From: Basidiobolus meristosporus CBS 931.73
Taxonomy: Eukaryota > Fungi > Basidiobolomycota
Reading direction: 5' to 3'
Assembly: GCA_002104905.1 (NCBI GenBank)
Contig: MCFE01000015.1
Location: 1 to 64,000, forward strand
DNA: 64,000 bases
The notes below the pieces were generated by a model. That model searched no databases. It was given only the letters and a program-made list of their open reading frames with translations, and was not told where the DNA came from. Below, piece after piece: positions 1 through 11,862 of the stretch. Position 1 is the stretch's first letter; the number at the start of each line of letters is the position of its first letter. The translations under genes were made by a program, and so were the position numbers.

Positions 1-138
1 CCTCTTTCTTGTAGCAGCATCTTCATCTTCACCTCCCACACTTGGTAGTTAGATCCATCCAACTTTTCAGCAGAGGGAAAAATTTGAGTAATAGCAGTAG
101 TAGACATTGCAGAGAGTGACAGCTTGGGGCTCATAACC

Positions 139-486
139 TGTTGTAAGAGCCTTGGAGATATTGGAAGTGATTGGGAGAACAATTAGAATATGTGGTTTTC
201 ACTTAATGATTTATTGAATGTAAAAGTAGTATTTATACTTTTACATGATCTTGGCATAAAACACCCTTAGAATATGTTAAGGAAGGTTCTAAGAGCATGT
301 GTGCACAGTTTGGGGCTGTTTGGACAACTTATCAAATTTTCATGTTCTGGGTACCTGGTATTTGGTGAGAATATTCTAAGTAAATCCCAACAAGGAATTT
401 GGTCAGTATTCTCTAGGATTTGAAGGTAATGATCTAAGTGACTAATTTAGGTGAACATTTAGGTGGAATTCCAAATTTTTACAACA
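139..486 (-). repeat. Copia-family LTR copy (reverse orientation)
   Basis: Bounded by TGTTG...CAACA. It is the reverse complement of the copies at 7326-7838, 8752-9089 and 9234-9566, sharing blocks such as cctaacttagtcacttagatc and gtaaaagtataaatactactttta. Flanks (taacc/aagca) give no TSD. Confidence 0.8.
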
Positions 487-1734
487 AAGCAATCAATATA
501 CATTTAGCTCTAAGCTATTTGATTAGACAGAAACATATGTTCAAATAGTTTTTTGGTTTTTGTAGATATGACTTTGCTTGATCCAGGACACTTTCTTTGC
601 ATATCACAATGCACCTGGCCCACTTGTGCTCAACATATGACAAGATATTGTATGAATGCCATACAGTCTGCAATATTCTTCTCCCCAGGTATTTTCATCA
701 GTATAATGCCAGCACTCGTAGCTGGCTGAACAACTTGGCCCGAATCAAACGAAGGAAGTATCTAATAATACAACAGGTCTCAGGCATTCAATGATTTATA
801 GGAATATGCTGATAGTAATTGTCAATAGTTCCCAGGAGCCTCATGTCTCTATGCAGTCATGATAAATGAACAAAGTTATCATAAATTATAATACGAGTAT
901 CTAGGGTTGGGGCTATGGTTCGGGCTAGGGTATTTAGTTGATAACAATGAAACATTTAAGCATTTTGTGTAAAGACAGAATTAGGACTATGTCTGTATAT
1001 GCTAATTATTTGTATCACATTTCATACTTATAGTTCTCGGGAACAAAGGAATCTAATTCAGTCAGGACCAAAATAGTAACACCAAATTGAAAGATTTTAT
1101 CACCTAATTGGATATAGTCAAATCCAAAGCATAAAGATCATGGGCAAAGCAATAACCGGGAATCAAAACAAGAAAACGATTGGCCACGCAGTGTCGGATT
1201 AACTACTCCACATTATCTAGATGGTATATGGAAAAATCTATTCCACCAATAGGCACTGAGAGGGAATTCGGGCAATCTATTACAGAATATATCAATCGAT
1301 CTCATAGATGTATGACGGATTGATAAGCATGCTTCGATATGCAGATAATGCAGCAACAAATCATGGAGCGACAGCCACTCAGCTTGTCACTCGTCTTATC
1401 GTAGGATTCTAGATAGTCCAAACTAACCTTTACCTGGAGCCTACCCTTCCGTTTGCGGTGCATTGATCATAATATACCATTGGTATAGCCACTCCTGTTG
1501 GCCAATCAACTTTTGGGTATTGTTACCAGACTTGCATATACCGGAACTTCCTGCTTGAATTAACATTCTATGATCGGTATATTCTGTAATTTTGGTTCTT
1601 TCTAATTTTATAAGTCGTGCGACCTTCAAGTTTGTATAAAAGAATAGCCTCTCTCGAATTCCCGTTGATGAGCCCACTTTACTCATAGGTTTTCATTCAT
1701 TAACCCAATATAAACATCCATCGACTCCAGCATT

Positions 1735-2412
1735 ATGCGTACTATTTCTGACAAGCATATGGATAACATGAGTACTCTCAAGAAACGGTTATCATCATTG
1801 TTTCTTAACGCAGAGTCGAAGAAAGTTGACTTACACATAGAGAGCCGCACGCGAGTCAAACCAACATTCTCCCCCAGCTCACTCCTCAAGCTTATAAAGG
1901 GGGCAACAAAATCGAAAAGCACTACCAAGGGTGTGTACGAGATAGACGAGGAGGAGGGTGCCGATTTACCCCAATTATGCGATATCACACTACATCAGAC
2001 CGAATATTTGTTCCGCAGCGAATTCTCCCCTCTCAAGCAGGTTTATCTCAATAGCATGAAGAAACTCCAAAATTCGAAGGAGCGTCCACTTCATCAGTTG
2101 CTTCTTATTCACCAAACCATCTTGAAAGTCAACAGCACCGCATTTGCTACTGGCGTACATCCCCTATTACTTCACCGGAGACTCTCTGAGAGAACCATCC
2201 TTCCCAAGACTGTGAATCGTAACTCGCCAGTGTCTGGCAGACATCCCCTAGCGACCTGCTTCAAGGCAAGCAATAGCGTACCCCCGCCGCCCTATGATAA
2301 CAACTCCATCGATATTCAAGAATTGGAGCCACCGAGATACAATGAACCCACAAGGTGCAAGGATGAAATACCGACTAGCCATTGCAGTCAAGCATTGCAA
2401 CAGATCTGTTAG
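1735..2412 (+). CDS. Hypothetical protein, up to 225 aa (start could be 1759 or 1768); helical motif PLHQLLLIHQT and PPxY motifs (PPPPY, EPPRY)
   Basis: Intronless ORF with normal CpG content. No family recognised with confidence; the LLIHQT motif resembles SERTA-like helices only weakly. Confidence 0.6.
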   Translation: MRTISDKHMDNMSTLKKRLSSLFLNAESKKVDLHIESRTRVKPTFSPSSLLKLIKGATKSKSTTKGVYEIDEEEGADLPQLCDITLHQTEYLFRSEFSPLKQVYLNSMKKLQNSKERPLHQLLLIHQTILKVNSTAFATGVHPLLLHRRLSERTILPKTVNRNSPVSGRHPLATCFKASNSVPPPPYDNNSIDIQELEPPRYNEPTRCKDEIPTSHCSQALQQIC

Positions 2413-3408
2413 GTATCGGATCCTGGCACAGCCGGTGGTTCCACAACTATTATCCTGGTGATGACTAATATAGTTGTTGAAGAATATGCTAGCCAGTTCG
2501 ACTACCCTTCTTGTCTGCCTCGTCATACCGCATAAATACTAAGAATACTATTCAAGCAGAGCTAGCACCTGTAAATATATAAATTTAGATATATCTTCCC
2601 AATTCCAACCAAGATCATTCTACATAAAAAACTTGGCCCAATAAATTTAATCCAATAGAAGAAAGAGGAATATCCATTGGTATTCATAGCTAGAGAAGGA
2701 ATTTTTTTCGCACTGGTCAAGGGCTATCCTATTATATAGAAGCTGACTGATGCTAGCATATTTATAGAAGTATTTTACGACGATAAAGGAAAGATGAGAG
2801 GTAAACGAAGAGGCGAAATGAGGACAAAACATCCATTTAATAGTCAGTTTTAGGTTCTTCAATCAAGTAGATTAAGGCTTACCTGCCGCACGGGCATTCT
2901 CTTCTACCATTAAGGCATCCAAATCAATTTAATTACTAGGAAAGATATGCAAGCTAGTGTACCTCTCCGTAAATATTGGTTAACTTATACAACAAACAAA
3001 CAGTATTGAAGGAATTATCTTATCGATCTTATCAATCAGAAGTTGGAATGTTACATGTATAAGTTACACAAACATGTCAAAAACTTCGACTAAAGCTAAT
3101 GTGAAAAAAAAACTTGATAATTTAACAGCAACCTTGGTAGATCAAGAATCTTTTTGTTAAGGAAAATAACAACAATCCGCTATTCTGACTTCAGAATCAG
3201 GTAATTTCATTGATCAGGGTGTGTTATAAGCTGAACAAGAGGGGTAACGAAAAAAAAATATTGGCCAATAGCGAAGCGAACATTAAGAAGTATTTTTTTT
3301 ATTTGTCTAGTGTGAAATGTATAAAAGAACAGAGAGTGCATTGAAAAGGTTGGTATACCTTTTCCCTACCCCACCAAAGGTTGCTACACCTTCTAATTAA
3401 CACCAACA

Positions 3409-4092
3409 ATGTCTTCTGGCCAGTATCTCGACGCCTCCAAGGCTACTGAAGTACTCCGAAAGATGGGTTCTGATGGTCTTTCTGTTGAGGAGCTCATGGA
3501 CCTCCAGCACTCCGGAGGTCTTACCTACAACGATTTCCTGATCTTGCCCGGTTATATTGATTTCCCCGCCCATGCTGTGAAGCTTGAGAGCAAGATCACC
3601 AAGAAGATCACCATCAAGACTCCTTTCATGTCTAGCCCTATGGACACCGTTACTGAAGCCGACATGGCCATCAACATGGCTTTGCTTGGTGGTGTTGGTG
3701 TTCTTCACCACAATTGTAGCATCGAGGAGCAAGTTGCTATGGTTCGCAAGGTGAAGACCTTCGAGAATGGATTCATTGTCGATCCCATGATTTTGACTCC
3801 TGAGCACACCGTTGACGACGTCAGACAAATTAAGGCTACCAAGGGATTCTGCGGTATTCCTATCACTGGTGAGTGTTTGCCATATTTTATGTGCGCGGGG
3901 CTCTGTTATGATGAGATAAAATATTTAATAACTTTCGTTCTTCCGAACTGGAACATTAATTTGTCCTTGTGGAAAATATTTTCTGAATTACGAGACCAGC
4001 ACTATTCATAGCTTTCATTTTGACTTGTTATTAACTCAATCTCTCTAGACACCGGTAAATTGAAGGGAAAGCTCCTCGGTATTGTCACATGA
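3409..4092 (+). pseudogene. IMPDH: Truncated IMP dehydrogenase: exon 1 3409-3868, intron 3869-4048, exon 2 4049-4092 ending in TGA; 167 aa
   Basis: [34 protein letters not shown] and GIPIT|DTGKLKGKLLGIVT are canonical IMPDH motifs. The frame stops inside the CBS region exactly where transposase sequence begins. I found no downstream IMPDH exons in the window. Confidence 0.85.
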
Positions 4093-4337
4093 ATGGTGTG
4101 CTTAGCAGGAAGCAGAAGCTCTACAATGAGATATTTAATCATTTCAGAGTGAGGGTAGAGCACACATTTGGATAACTGAAGAGATTCAGCATATTGGCAG
4201 GTAAATACAGAGGAAAGTCATATATAGGAGAAAACAGCAGAATAGGTAAAATAGTCAAGATACTTATTAATGCACAGTATGTTCATACAAGAAGACATTC
4301 ACTGAGAGAAATGTGTCTGGAGCATTATGAAGAGTAA
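4092..4337 (+). mobile_element. PIF/Harbinger/IS5-like (DDE_Tnp_4-type) transposase C-terminal remnant
   Basis: Translates to KQKLYNEIFNHFRVRVEHTFG*LKRFSILAGKYRG, matching the YN..R..VEH.FG.LK.F.IL motif, with an internal stop. Followed by short agtgccag/ctggcact repeats at ~4435-4492. Confidence 0.7.
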
Positions 4338-4494
4338 ATAAAGCAAGGAAAGCACTATTCTGAGCAACATAAGTAAGATTGAGTAAAATTACCAGTAACT
4401 GTACCATACCACTGGCATAATGGTAAAAATTATAGTGCCAGATAGTGCTGTAGAGTGCCAGATTGATCCAGCACCATAAACAGGCTGGCACTAT

Positions 4495-5316
4495 GTGGTA
4501 CTATCCAACGGAACAAGTCTAATAATTGCTACCAATTATTTCTCAAAGTGGGTAGAAGCCCAAGCCATCCAAAATAAAGACCAGAAGACAACCACCCAAC
4601 TCATTCTAGAACACCTCATCTGCCAACATGGATATCCTCAGATACTCCTGTCCAACAATGATGGCTCCTTCCTGAACAACACTGTGGCCTATTTGTGCAA
4701 AATGATGGGTGTGGAACTGGTCTTCACGGCTGCGTATCACCCCCAGACCAACAGATTAATCAAGAGGATGAACCAAACATGTTGCCACATACTTGAGATG
4801 CTCCACTGGGAACTTCCCCAATCATGGGCCAAGCTACTCCAACTGACACTCCTAGCAATGCTTACAATACCAAATAACACAACAGGTTTCTCCCTGTACA
4901 AAGTTCTGTATGGATGAAGGCCAAAGTGGTGTGAAGAAGCTGGATTGACAATGGAAGGTGTCCCCTTGACAACACACAACAACTATGTAGAAAGGTTGAT
5001 ACACTGTATCACCCACCTATGCATAAAAGTATTTGAAAATGTTGACAAGCACCTTCCCCCTCCCCCCAAAAATGAGAAACTAACAGGACAAAAGTGGAAA
5101 CCAGGCAATAAAGTGTGGTATGATCAAACCATTGCAGGCCTCAAGTTTTGCCCACAATTTACACCCCAATGGATTGGCCCTTGCACCTTTATTAGCTTGG
5201 ACCATGGACCAAAGTACACTATCACCCTGAACAATAAGACAATCAGCAATGTAGCACCAGCCAATCTGAAACCATTTCATGATGATTCACTGATCATCAC
5301 TGAAACCAAAGTGTGA
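4495..5316 (+). mobile_element. Ty3/gypsy integrase remnant (core plus C-terminal region), with internal stop
   Basis: NYFSKWVEAQAI, LLSNNDGSF, AAYHPQTN, FSLYKVLYG*RP and PQWIGP motifs; the DDE residues are degenerate. Confidence 0.85.
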
Positions 5317-5410
5317 TTAAACAATTATTAGGTACAAGGATAGAGGAAGACACAGGATACATACAGAGTTTATTAGAGGAGATTTTAGTTGATAAAGGTA
5401 CAAATGATAT

Positions 5411-6650
5411 GTGCAAGGAAGTTTGCCCAAAGGGGAGAACAAAAGAATGCATATGGAAAGCACCAAAGGAAACAGCTCACCCAAAACTGGCAATACCCCT
5501 CCCACCAGCAAGAACCAAGATGATATCAAAAACAAAACCAACCTGCAAGTGCTGAGAGATATGGTACAAGCATTACATGCAACAAGAGCCAACTATGAAG
5601 AGTCATTTGTTGGAGCAGTCATGTTGATACAAGACACAATCAGAGAGGGGCAAGACTAGTTACCCACACCAATATAAAGCATGGAGATACTACCCAAGAA
5701 GACCGTGTACCACCTAAGAGGAGGTTCCTTGGTCATTAAGGAGAAGGATGCCGCACTGATTCCTGTATCCATACTGGACACAGTCAGACAGAAGACACAA
5801 GGAATCAACTGTTGCACCCTCACAAGACCTCAAGAGCCCCCTGTTTCATTGCACACTTGCCATTAATAGGTACCATGGTTGTTGAGGTATATGCAGACCT
5901 AGTACAAGCCGCAAGAGCACCAGAGGTAGAACTCCCAATTGAAGGACCCCTCTGAGCAATTTGCAAACATCTCAAACTGCATTTCCAAGAAGGAACTACC
6001 TTAGAGAAGATATGCAAACAGATTAAATGCACCAGCCAGTTAACCCATGCAATCCACCAAGCTGCTGCATTACAACTATTACAGTGGTTTACCATAGGAC
6101 AACTCAGGAACCAGTACAAAGTCCAACTCCAAGAAGCCAAAGAAACCGCCGCAGACTCTGCAGAAACCATGAGGCAAGTATAAAAGTGCCTTGATTGCGC
6201 CACAGTTTCTATGGAAGAACTACAATACGTCTTGGAAGAAGCAAAAACTTGTTATCAACAACAGGTGACTACCAATTGAGTGTACACCCTCTTCAAAGGG
6301 TCCCCCGCTGTCATATTTAACCCAAAAAGGACAAGCCCTGACAACATTTGCAAGATAAAGAAGCAAGACTTTATTGCGCTATTGCACCTTTTCTTGTTCT
6401 CCAACCCTCCCAAGGAACTTACCCAGAACCCTATGGTTTGCCAACTATTTGGCTCTGTGGAAAACATCCCTCAAGCAATGCAAGCCACACCCCACTCTGC
6501 CACCAAATGGTATCAGGTATTTGCCCACAACCCCCTCACAAGTGACAACCAGCAATGGTACTATGGTGACTCCCCATGCTCTGTGAACAAAATCAACCCT
6601 GGAGAAGCAAGTTAGTCAAAGAACTTTGAGGACAAAGCTCCCTCTTAACC
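5411..6650 (+). mobile_element. Decayed additional ORF 3' of gypsy pol (~400 codons, several stops, at least one frameshift near 5862)
   Basis: ORFs 5411-5659 and 5681-5866 share a frame; 5863-6615 reads in a second frame with few stops. It lies between the integrase and the putative 3' LTR. Confidence 0.5.
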
Positions 6651-6789
6651 CCTGGGATATGTGAGTACTAAATGCAGTACCCACTCTTTGCCCAAGAGTT
6701 CTCCCCAGTATCCTCCCTATGATTCCCCCACACGCCCTCCCTCCTATCCCTGCCCTCTTCCAGTTAGAAAACTTACCATAACAGGAAGG

Positions 6790-6966
6790 TGTTCACACCC
6801 CTATTTTATAGCACATTGTCTATTATCTAAGCACCCCAAGTGATATATATATGTACCCAATTGAACCAAGTGAAGGGGATCTGGACAGAATAAACACAAG
6901 TCTTTATTACCTTGCTACCTACTATTGGAAGCTATTCTGAACCAAGTGGTACTGACTTGAACTACA
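6790..6966 (+). repeat. Putative gypsy 3' LTR
   Basis: Purine tract aggaagg directly before TGTTCACACCCC; internal TATATATA (~6843-6852) and AATAAA (~6889); ends in CA. Single copy in the window, so the boundaries are inferred. Confidence 0.4.
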
Positions 6967-7325
6967 AGCTCTCCCACTCACCAAGTACAGTCAGTAATAA
7001 CCCACAAGTAACTCCATTAAGATCCACCACTCAATAAGTATTTTAGCTGTAATGCTCTGATTCCACAACTTTGGTGGTAACCCAATGGCTTTATGCCACT
7101 GTTCATTCACTGATTCCCACATGTCCTGGTCCTCAGCCAGCACTGCAAGGTCTAGCACCTCATCTGCCAGTCTTTGCAATAGATCCTGTCAATATATCAG
7201 TGTGTTTTCTTGAGCACTGCTGTTGAAGAAGTGCTGCAACCTCTTGGTGTGCCTATTAATGTTCCAAAACTCCACTGAAGGCATTGTGATAGTCTTTTGA
7301 GCTCTTGACATTGTAGCCTTGTGTA

Positions 7326-7838
7326 TGTTGTAAAAATTTGTAATTCCACCTAGAAATTCACCTAACTTAGTCACTTAGATCATTGACTTCAAATCCTAGA
7401 GAATACTGACCAAATTCCTTGTTGGGATTTACTCAGAATATTTTCACCAAAATACCAGGTACCTAGAACATGAAAATTCTCAAAGTTGTCCAGACAGCCC
7501 CAAACTTGGCACACATGCTCTTGGGACCTTCCTTAACCTATTCTACATGCTTGTAATGCCAAGACCATGTAAAAGTATATTTTGGATTGGGATTCACTTG
7601 GAATATCCTCACAAAACTATCAGATACTCAGATTATGATCTTTCTCAAAGTAATCCAAAAGCCCCCAAACTTTGCATGCATATTTTTGGACCTTCTTTAA
7701 CAAGCTCTACCTGTGTGCTTGCTCTACTTCTTCAAGAGTATAAGAACCATACTTTTGATGAATAAATCTAAAAATGAATAACATGTAAATGTTCTAGTTG
7801 TCCACATCACTTCCAATACTCCTCAGAATATTGCAACA
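7326..7838 (+). repeat. Copia-family LTR copy with an internal ~150 bp insertion or divergent block
   Basis: Starts TGTTGTAAAAATTTG and matches 9234-9480 through ~7578; similarity resumes near 7750 and ends GCAACA at 7838. Confidence 0.7.
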
Positions 7839-7879
7839 AAAAGAACTGCTGATATTGGCCTAAGGTATGCCTATAAGGT

Positions 7880-8735
7880 TGCAGAGCAGAATCTTGTGGC
7901 ATACTCTGATGCTGATTGATGACAGAACTCAGAAGACAGAAGATTTGCCACAGGATATATCCTTCCTTACTGTAAAGGAGCAATTTTATGGGAATTTAAG
8001 AATACAATCAACTGTGGCACTTTTGACCACAGTAGCAGAGTGTATGGTAGCCTCTGAGGCCACAAAAGAAGCAAAGTGGCTAAGAAAGCATGTCAAGACT
8101 GAGGCTGATGTTAAAAACCACCTATTACTTTACTTCAAAATAATCAAGGATGTATACATGTAGGTAGAAATCCAATTTTCTATACTGGAACTAAGCAGAT
8201 CTTTGGATACTTAAGAAGATCTACTGATATCTGCTTAAGATTCACATATATGAGCTCAGAAAAGGAACTTACAAGATACTCTGATGCAGATAGGGAACAA
8301 AATTTGTAAGACAGAAGATCCATCACAGCATACACCATTATTTACTGTAAAGGGGTAATTTCATGGAACTTGAGATATCTACAGACTGCAGCACTTTCCA
8401 CCACAAAGGCAGAGAATTAGGCAGCCTGTGAAGCTACAAAAGAAGCAATGTAGCTAAGGAAGCTTTTTCAAGACTCAAGCTTACACCATAAAGCACCAAT
8501 TACATTATCTCAGGCTAATTAAGGAAGTATAAACTAGGCAAGAATCCAACTTTTCATACAAGTACTAAGCACATAGATATTTTACAGTATTTCATATATG
8601 AATTTATAGGGCATGACTTTGTAAGCCCAGCTTACTATCCAACAAATGAAATGGTTGAAGACATATTTACCAAACCATTAGCTTCAGACAAATTTGAATG
8701 TCTCAGATTACAATTAGGACTAGTTAGTATGGGTA
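7880..8735 (+). mobile_element. Ty1/copia RT-RNase H remnants (two partially duplicated segments)
   Basis: AYSDAD and TTVAECMVASEATKEAKWLRK at ~7895-8090; again YSDAD, STTKAE, ATKEAM*LRKL, KHIDI and EDIFTKPL at ~8270-8680; followed by a purine-rich tract and an LTR. Confidence 0.85.
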
Positions 8736-8751
8736 TTTAGTTGAGTGGCAG

Positions 8752-9089
8752 TGTTATGAGAGCTTTTAGTTCCACCTAAGTACTTGCCCAACTTAGTCAC
8801 TTAGATCATACCAGCAAAACTCTGACCAAGTTCATTATTGAGACTTACTTTGCAAAATTTGCTGTTCTGGGTACTTCAGGTTTTGTTGAAAATATTCTAA
8901 GTGGCTCAAACAACCTTGAACTTTGCACACATACACTTGGGACCTTCTTGAGCATATTCTAAGTTTGTATTTTGCCAGCTTCATGTAAAAGTATAAATAC
9001 TACTTTTACATCAATAAATCATCAAGTGAAAACCACATAATATACATGTTGTCCTAATCACTTCCAATATCTCCAAACCCCTTACAACA
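8752..9089 (+). repeat. Copia 3' LTR (TGTT...AACA), diverged family member
   Basis: Immediately follows the RNase H end and the tract gagtggcag; its 3' half aligns with 9234-9566. Confidence 0.8.
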
Positions 9090-9233
9090 TATGCACCTTT
9101 AGTGGCATATTCTGCAATTACAACAAAGTACTCCATCTGCATATCACTTGTATTGTAGCATAGGGATATTAGAATATCTCCCCAAATTTCATATTGGGAT
9201 TAATTTAAATATTTTACAAAAACATCCAATATC

Positions 9234-9566
9234 TGTTGTAAAAAATTTGTATTTCCACCTAAATATTCACCTAACTTAGTTACTTAGATCATTACCTTCA
9301 TATCCTAGAGGATACTGACCAAATTCCTTGTTGGGATTTACTTAGAATATTTACCCAGAACATGAAAATTAGATAAGTTGTCCAAACAGCCCCAAACTTT
9401 GCACACATGTCCTTGGGACCTTCCTTAACCTATTCTACGTGTTTGTTATGCCAAGACCATGTAAAAGTATAAATACTACTTTTACATTCAATAAATCATT
9501 AAGTGAAAACCACATAATCTACTTGTCCTCCCAATCACATCCAATATCTCCAAGACTCTTACAACA
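9234..9566 (+). repeat. Solo copia LTR with 5-bp target-site duplication ATATC
   Basis: TGTTGT...ACAACA termini; ATATC at 9229-9233 and 9567-9571. Confidence 0.9.
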
Positions 9567-10892
9567 ATATCTAGAGTGAGAAAAGTTTCAGAATAGTCCA
9601 AAGGTCCCCACACCTTAAACATCAACATGGAAGACCTGTGTGGACAAATTAATGTGCTTTTTGCTCAGATTATATGCAGGCATAGAAGCTAGTTTTGCAT
9701 TCAACAAGTAATGGTGTGAGAACCATGCAATATACCTGCTCTTGCAATCACTTCTGACATATACCAAAGCTCTTACAATGCCTTGCACCATGGATACTAT
9801 GAGTATAACTGTATAAGATGCAACAAAAATGATACTTTTACTGTAACAACTCCAACTAGATTTTGGATTATGACTGTTTCCAGTTAAACTGAAATCAGCT
9901 TTATATTCTGGAAATAAGCACATAGGGATTAAGGATCATCTCTTGAGGAAAACAATGATCAATCGTTGAGAAAGCTTTGCATACCATCAAAATAATGAAA
10001 TGATTGCAAGTATACATACAAAACCGCTAGCTAAAGATAGACCTGAGTATATTAGAGTATTATTGGGCTTAGCCAAGTGGGAGCGGATCTATGTTTTGCC
10101 ATGATCTTGTGCAGAAGCACAAATAAGGCATGCCTGGTAGTACTTGAAGCAGAATTACATTATCTTCAAGGCCCTGAGTAGTAACAAATGGACATATGTA
10201 GGCACAGTTCGTGATTCTGGACTGGTTTGGAGAAGCCATTGATGACACCTTAATCATTGCTTGATATACATAAAGTATGTAGTATAGTAGCAAGTCTTAT
10301 AGTACTCTGTATGCTGCGTAAAATCAAATCATGGCTTCGAGTACAAATTACCCAACTATATATATATTCAGCCATTCCATGTATGCTTGAATGGCAATTG
10401 GGGTTGTCACACTGAAAAGACGGTATGTATCCAATGCAGGCTTGGCATGATACCAAAATCAGAATACTTGGCATTCACTCACATGTTCCCATAGCTTACA
10501 AAAACTATAAGTATCCCCACTGCGGATATGATATTTATTTGGATATATGTCGGCCTGGTATAACAAGTTGATGCACAACTCGGGATGGATTTTACGTGAC
10601 AAGCCACCAAGGTCGGTTCTATGTCTCATCCATAGCGATCTGGTAAGCATCGGGATATTGAGGATGCTCAAGAGCTGCAAGCTTCAGACAACCTCTACCT
10701 GGAAAGCTAGTATACTGCGGTACCCTGCTAACTATACATAAGTTAACATCCAACCAAATACCTAGTTTATTGAGCTACTCTACCTAGAACGGACACAGGA
10801 CATATCCATGGATTCATTGGAAGTGACATGGACAAAACATCGGGTTATCAAGGGATCAGCTCAGTAAGCCACCTGTATCAGCAACAAGTACG

Positions 10893-11862
10893 CTATCGGG
10901 AGGAGGAGGCCTCTGCATGGGATGGAGTGATCTGTGTGGCAGTGGGAGCAAACCGAGTGGAGAACTCGGTCTGGATATTTTTGTCCATGTAGAAGTCACT
11001 TGGGCCTTTGATGACAACATTACGAGAGCGGGCCTTCTCTGCATTACGAAACTGCTCTACGGTGAATTTGGACGACACCGCCCCTTAAAAATGATGAGTC
11101 AACGTGAGACATGTCGAGGGATCCCGACTAGATTCACTTACATGATGCAGCAAACAAGGTGGAGGATCTTGTGCCAAGAACATTGGTGACGGTGACGGTG
11201 ACGATAAGCACGCTTGAAGTAGAGGTGACCAACGAATAGAGCGTTCCATCTCGTAGAAGAGTAGCGAACAGATTGGACCGGTTGAACTTGTAGGAGCGGT
11301 AGATGTTGCTCAGGAAGCACACGGTGAGATAAAAGTTCAAGAGGTTATCAGCAATGATCAGGGCAATGATAGCGACGTTCTCCACATGAACACTACATGA
11401 CATTAGAGCAGGCGCATTCTCATATAAATGGATTGCTGCGGTGTCCGTCACTCGGATGGTGCACAGGTTCCAGATGGAGCACCCAAAGCAGATGGTCAGA
11501 AAACAGCATCCAGGGATTAGCACAGATTTAGCTCGATTATTGCAGTAGTAAGCCTTCATCAGCAGAATTAGCTCGATGCAGATGAAGGAAACCATATACA
11601 GACATGCGCTAGAGTAGACACGGAAGTTGCAGAGGAAGTTCAGAGTGAAGTCCATGATCACGTTGATTATCATGCAGAAGCACCCGATGGCCGACTGCAC
11701 AAGGCACAACGTGTAGATTGGCTGGCGATTGCGCCGGTAAAGTTGGTAGGAGTGGTAGAAATTACTGATAAACACCACCATGGCCATCGCTACCAGCGCA
11801 GTGCTGATTTTCTGGAAGAGGATCTCAGCACGTTCTTCCGCATTCATGGATGGTGGAGCCAT
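10893..11862 (-). CDS. Orphan 7TM GPCR-like membrane protein; exons 11862-11142 and 11083-10893
   Basis: Seven hydrophobic segments; Cys at the top of TM3 (LCNF) and in ECL2 (MSCSV); LLRDG motif before TM6. A GTAAGT...TAAG intron (11141-11084) joins FAAS|W-AVSSKF in frame. Confidence 0.8.

Noticed and set aside
900-932. Degenerate 6-nt G-rich repeats (tagggt tggggc tatggt tcgggc tagggt)
   Set aside because: Five poor units only; insufficient to call an interstitial telomere or an element end.
1441-1686. Minus ORF with QKLIGQQEW, reminiscent of an RT thumb
   Set aside because: No other RT or RNase H motif recoverable in flanking frames, and CpG is not depleted here.
6967-7325. Minus-strand helical ORF fragments that may be gag
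   Set aside because: No diagnostic motif; counted only as part of the TE island.
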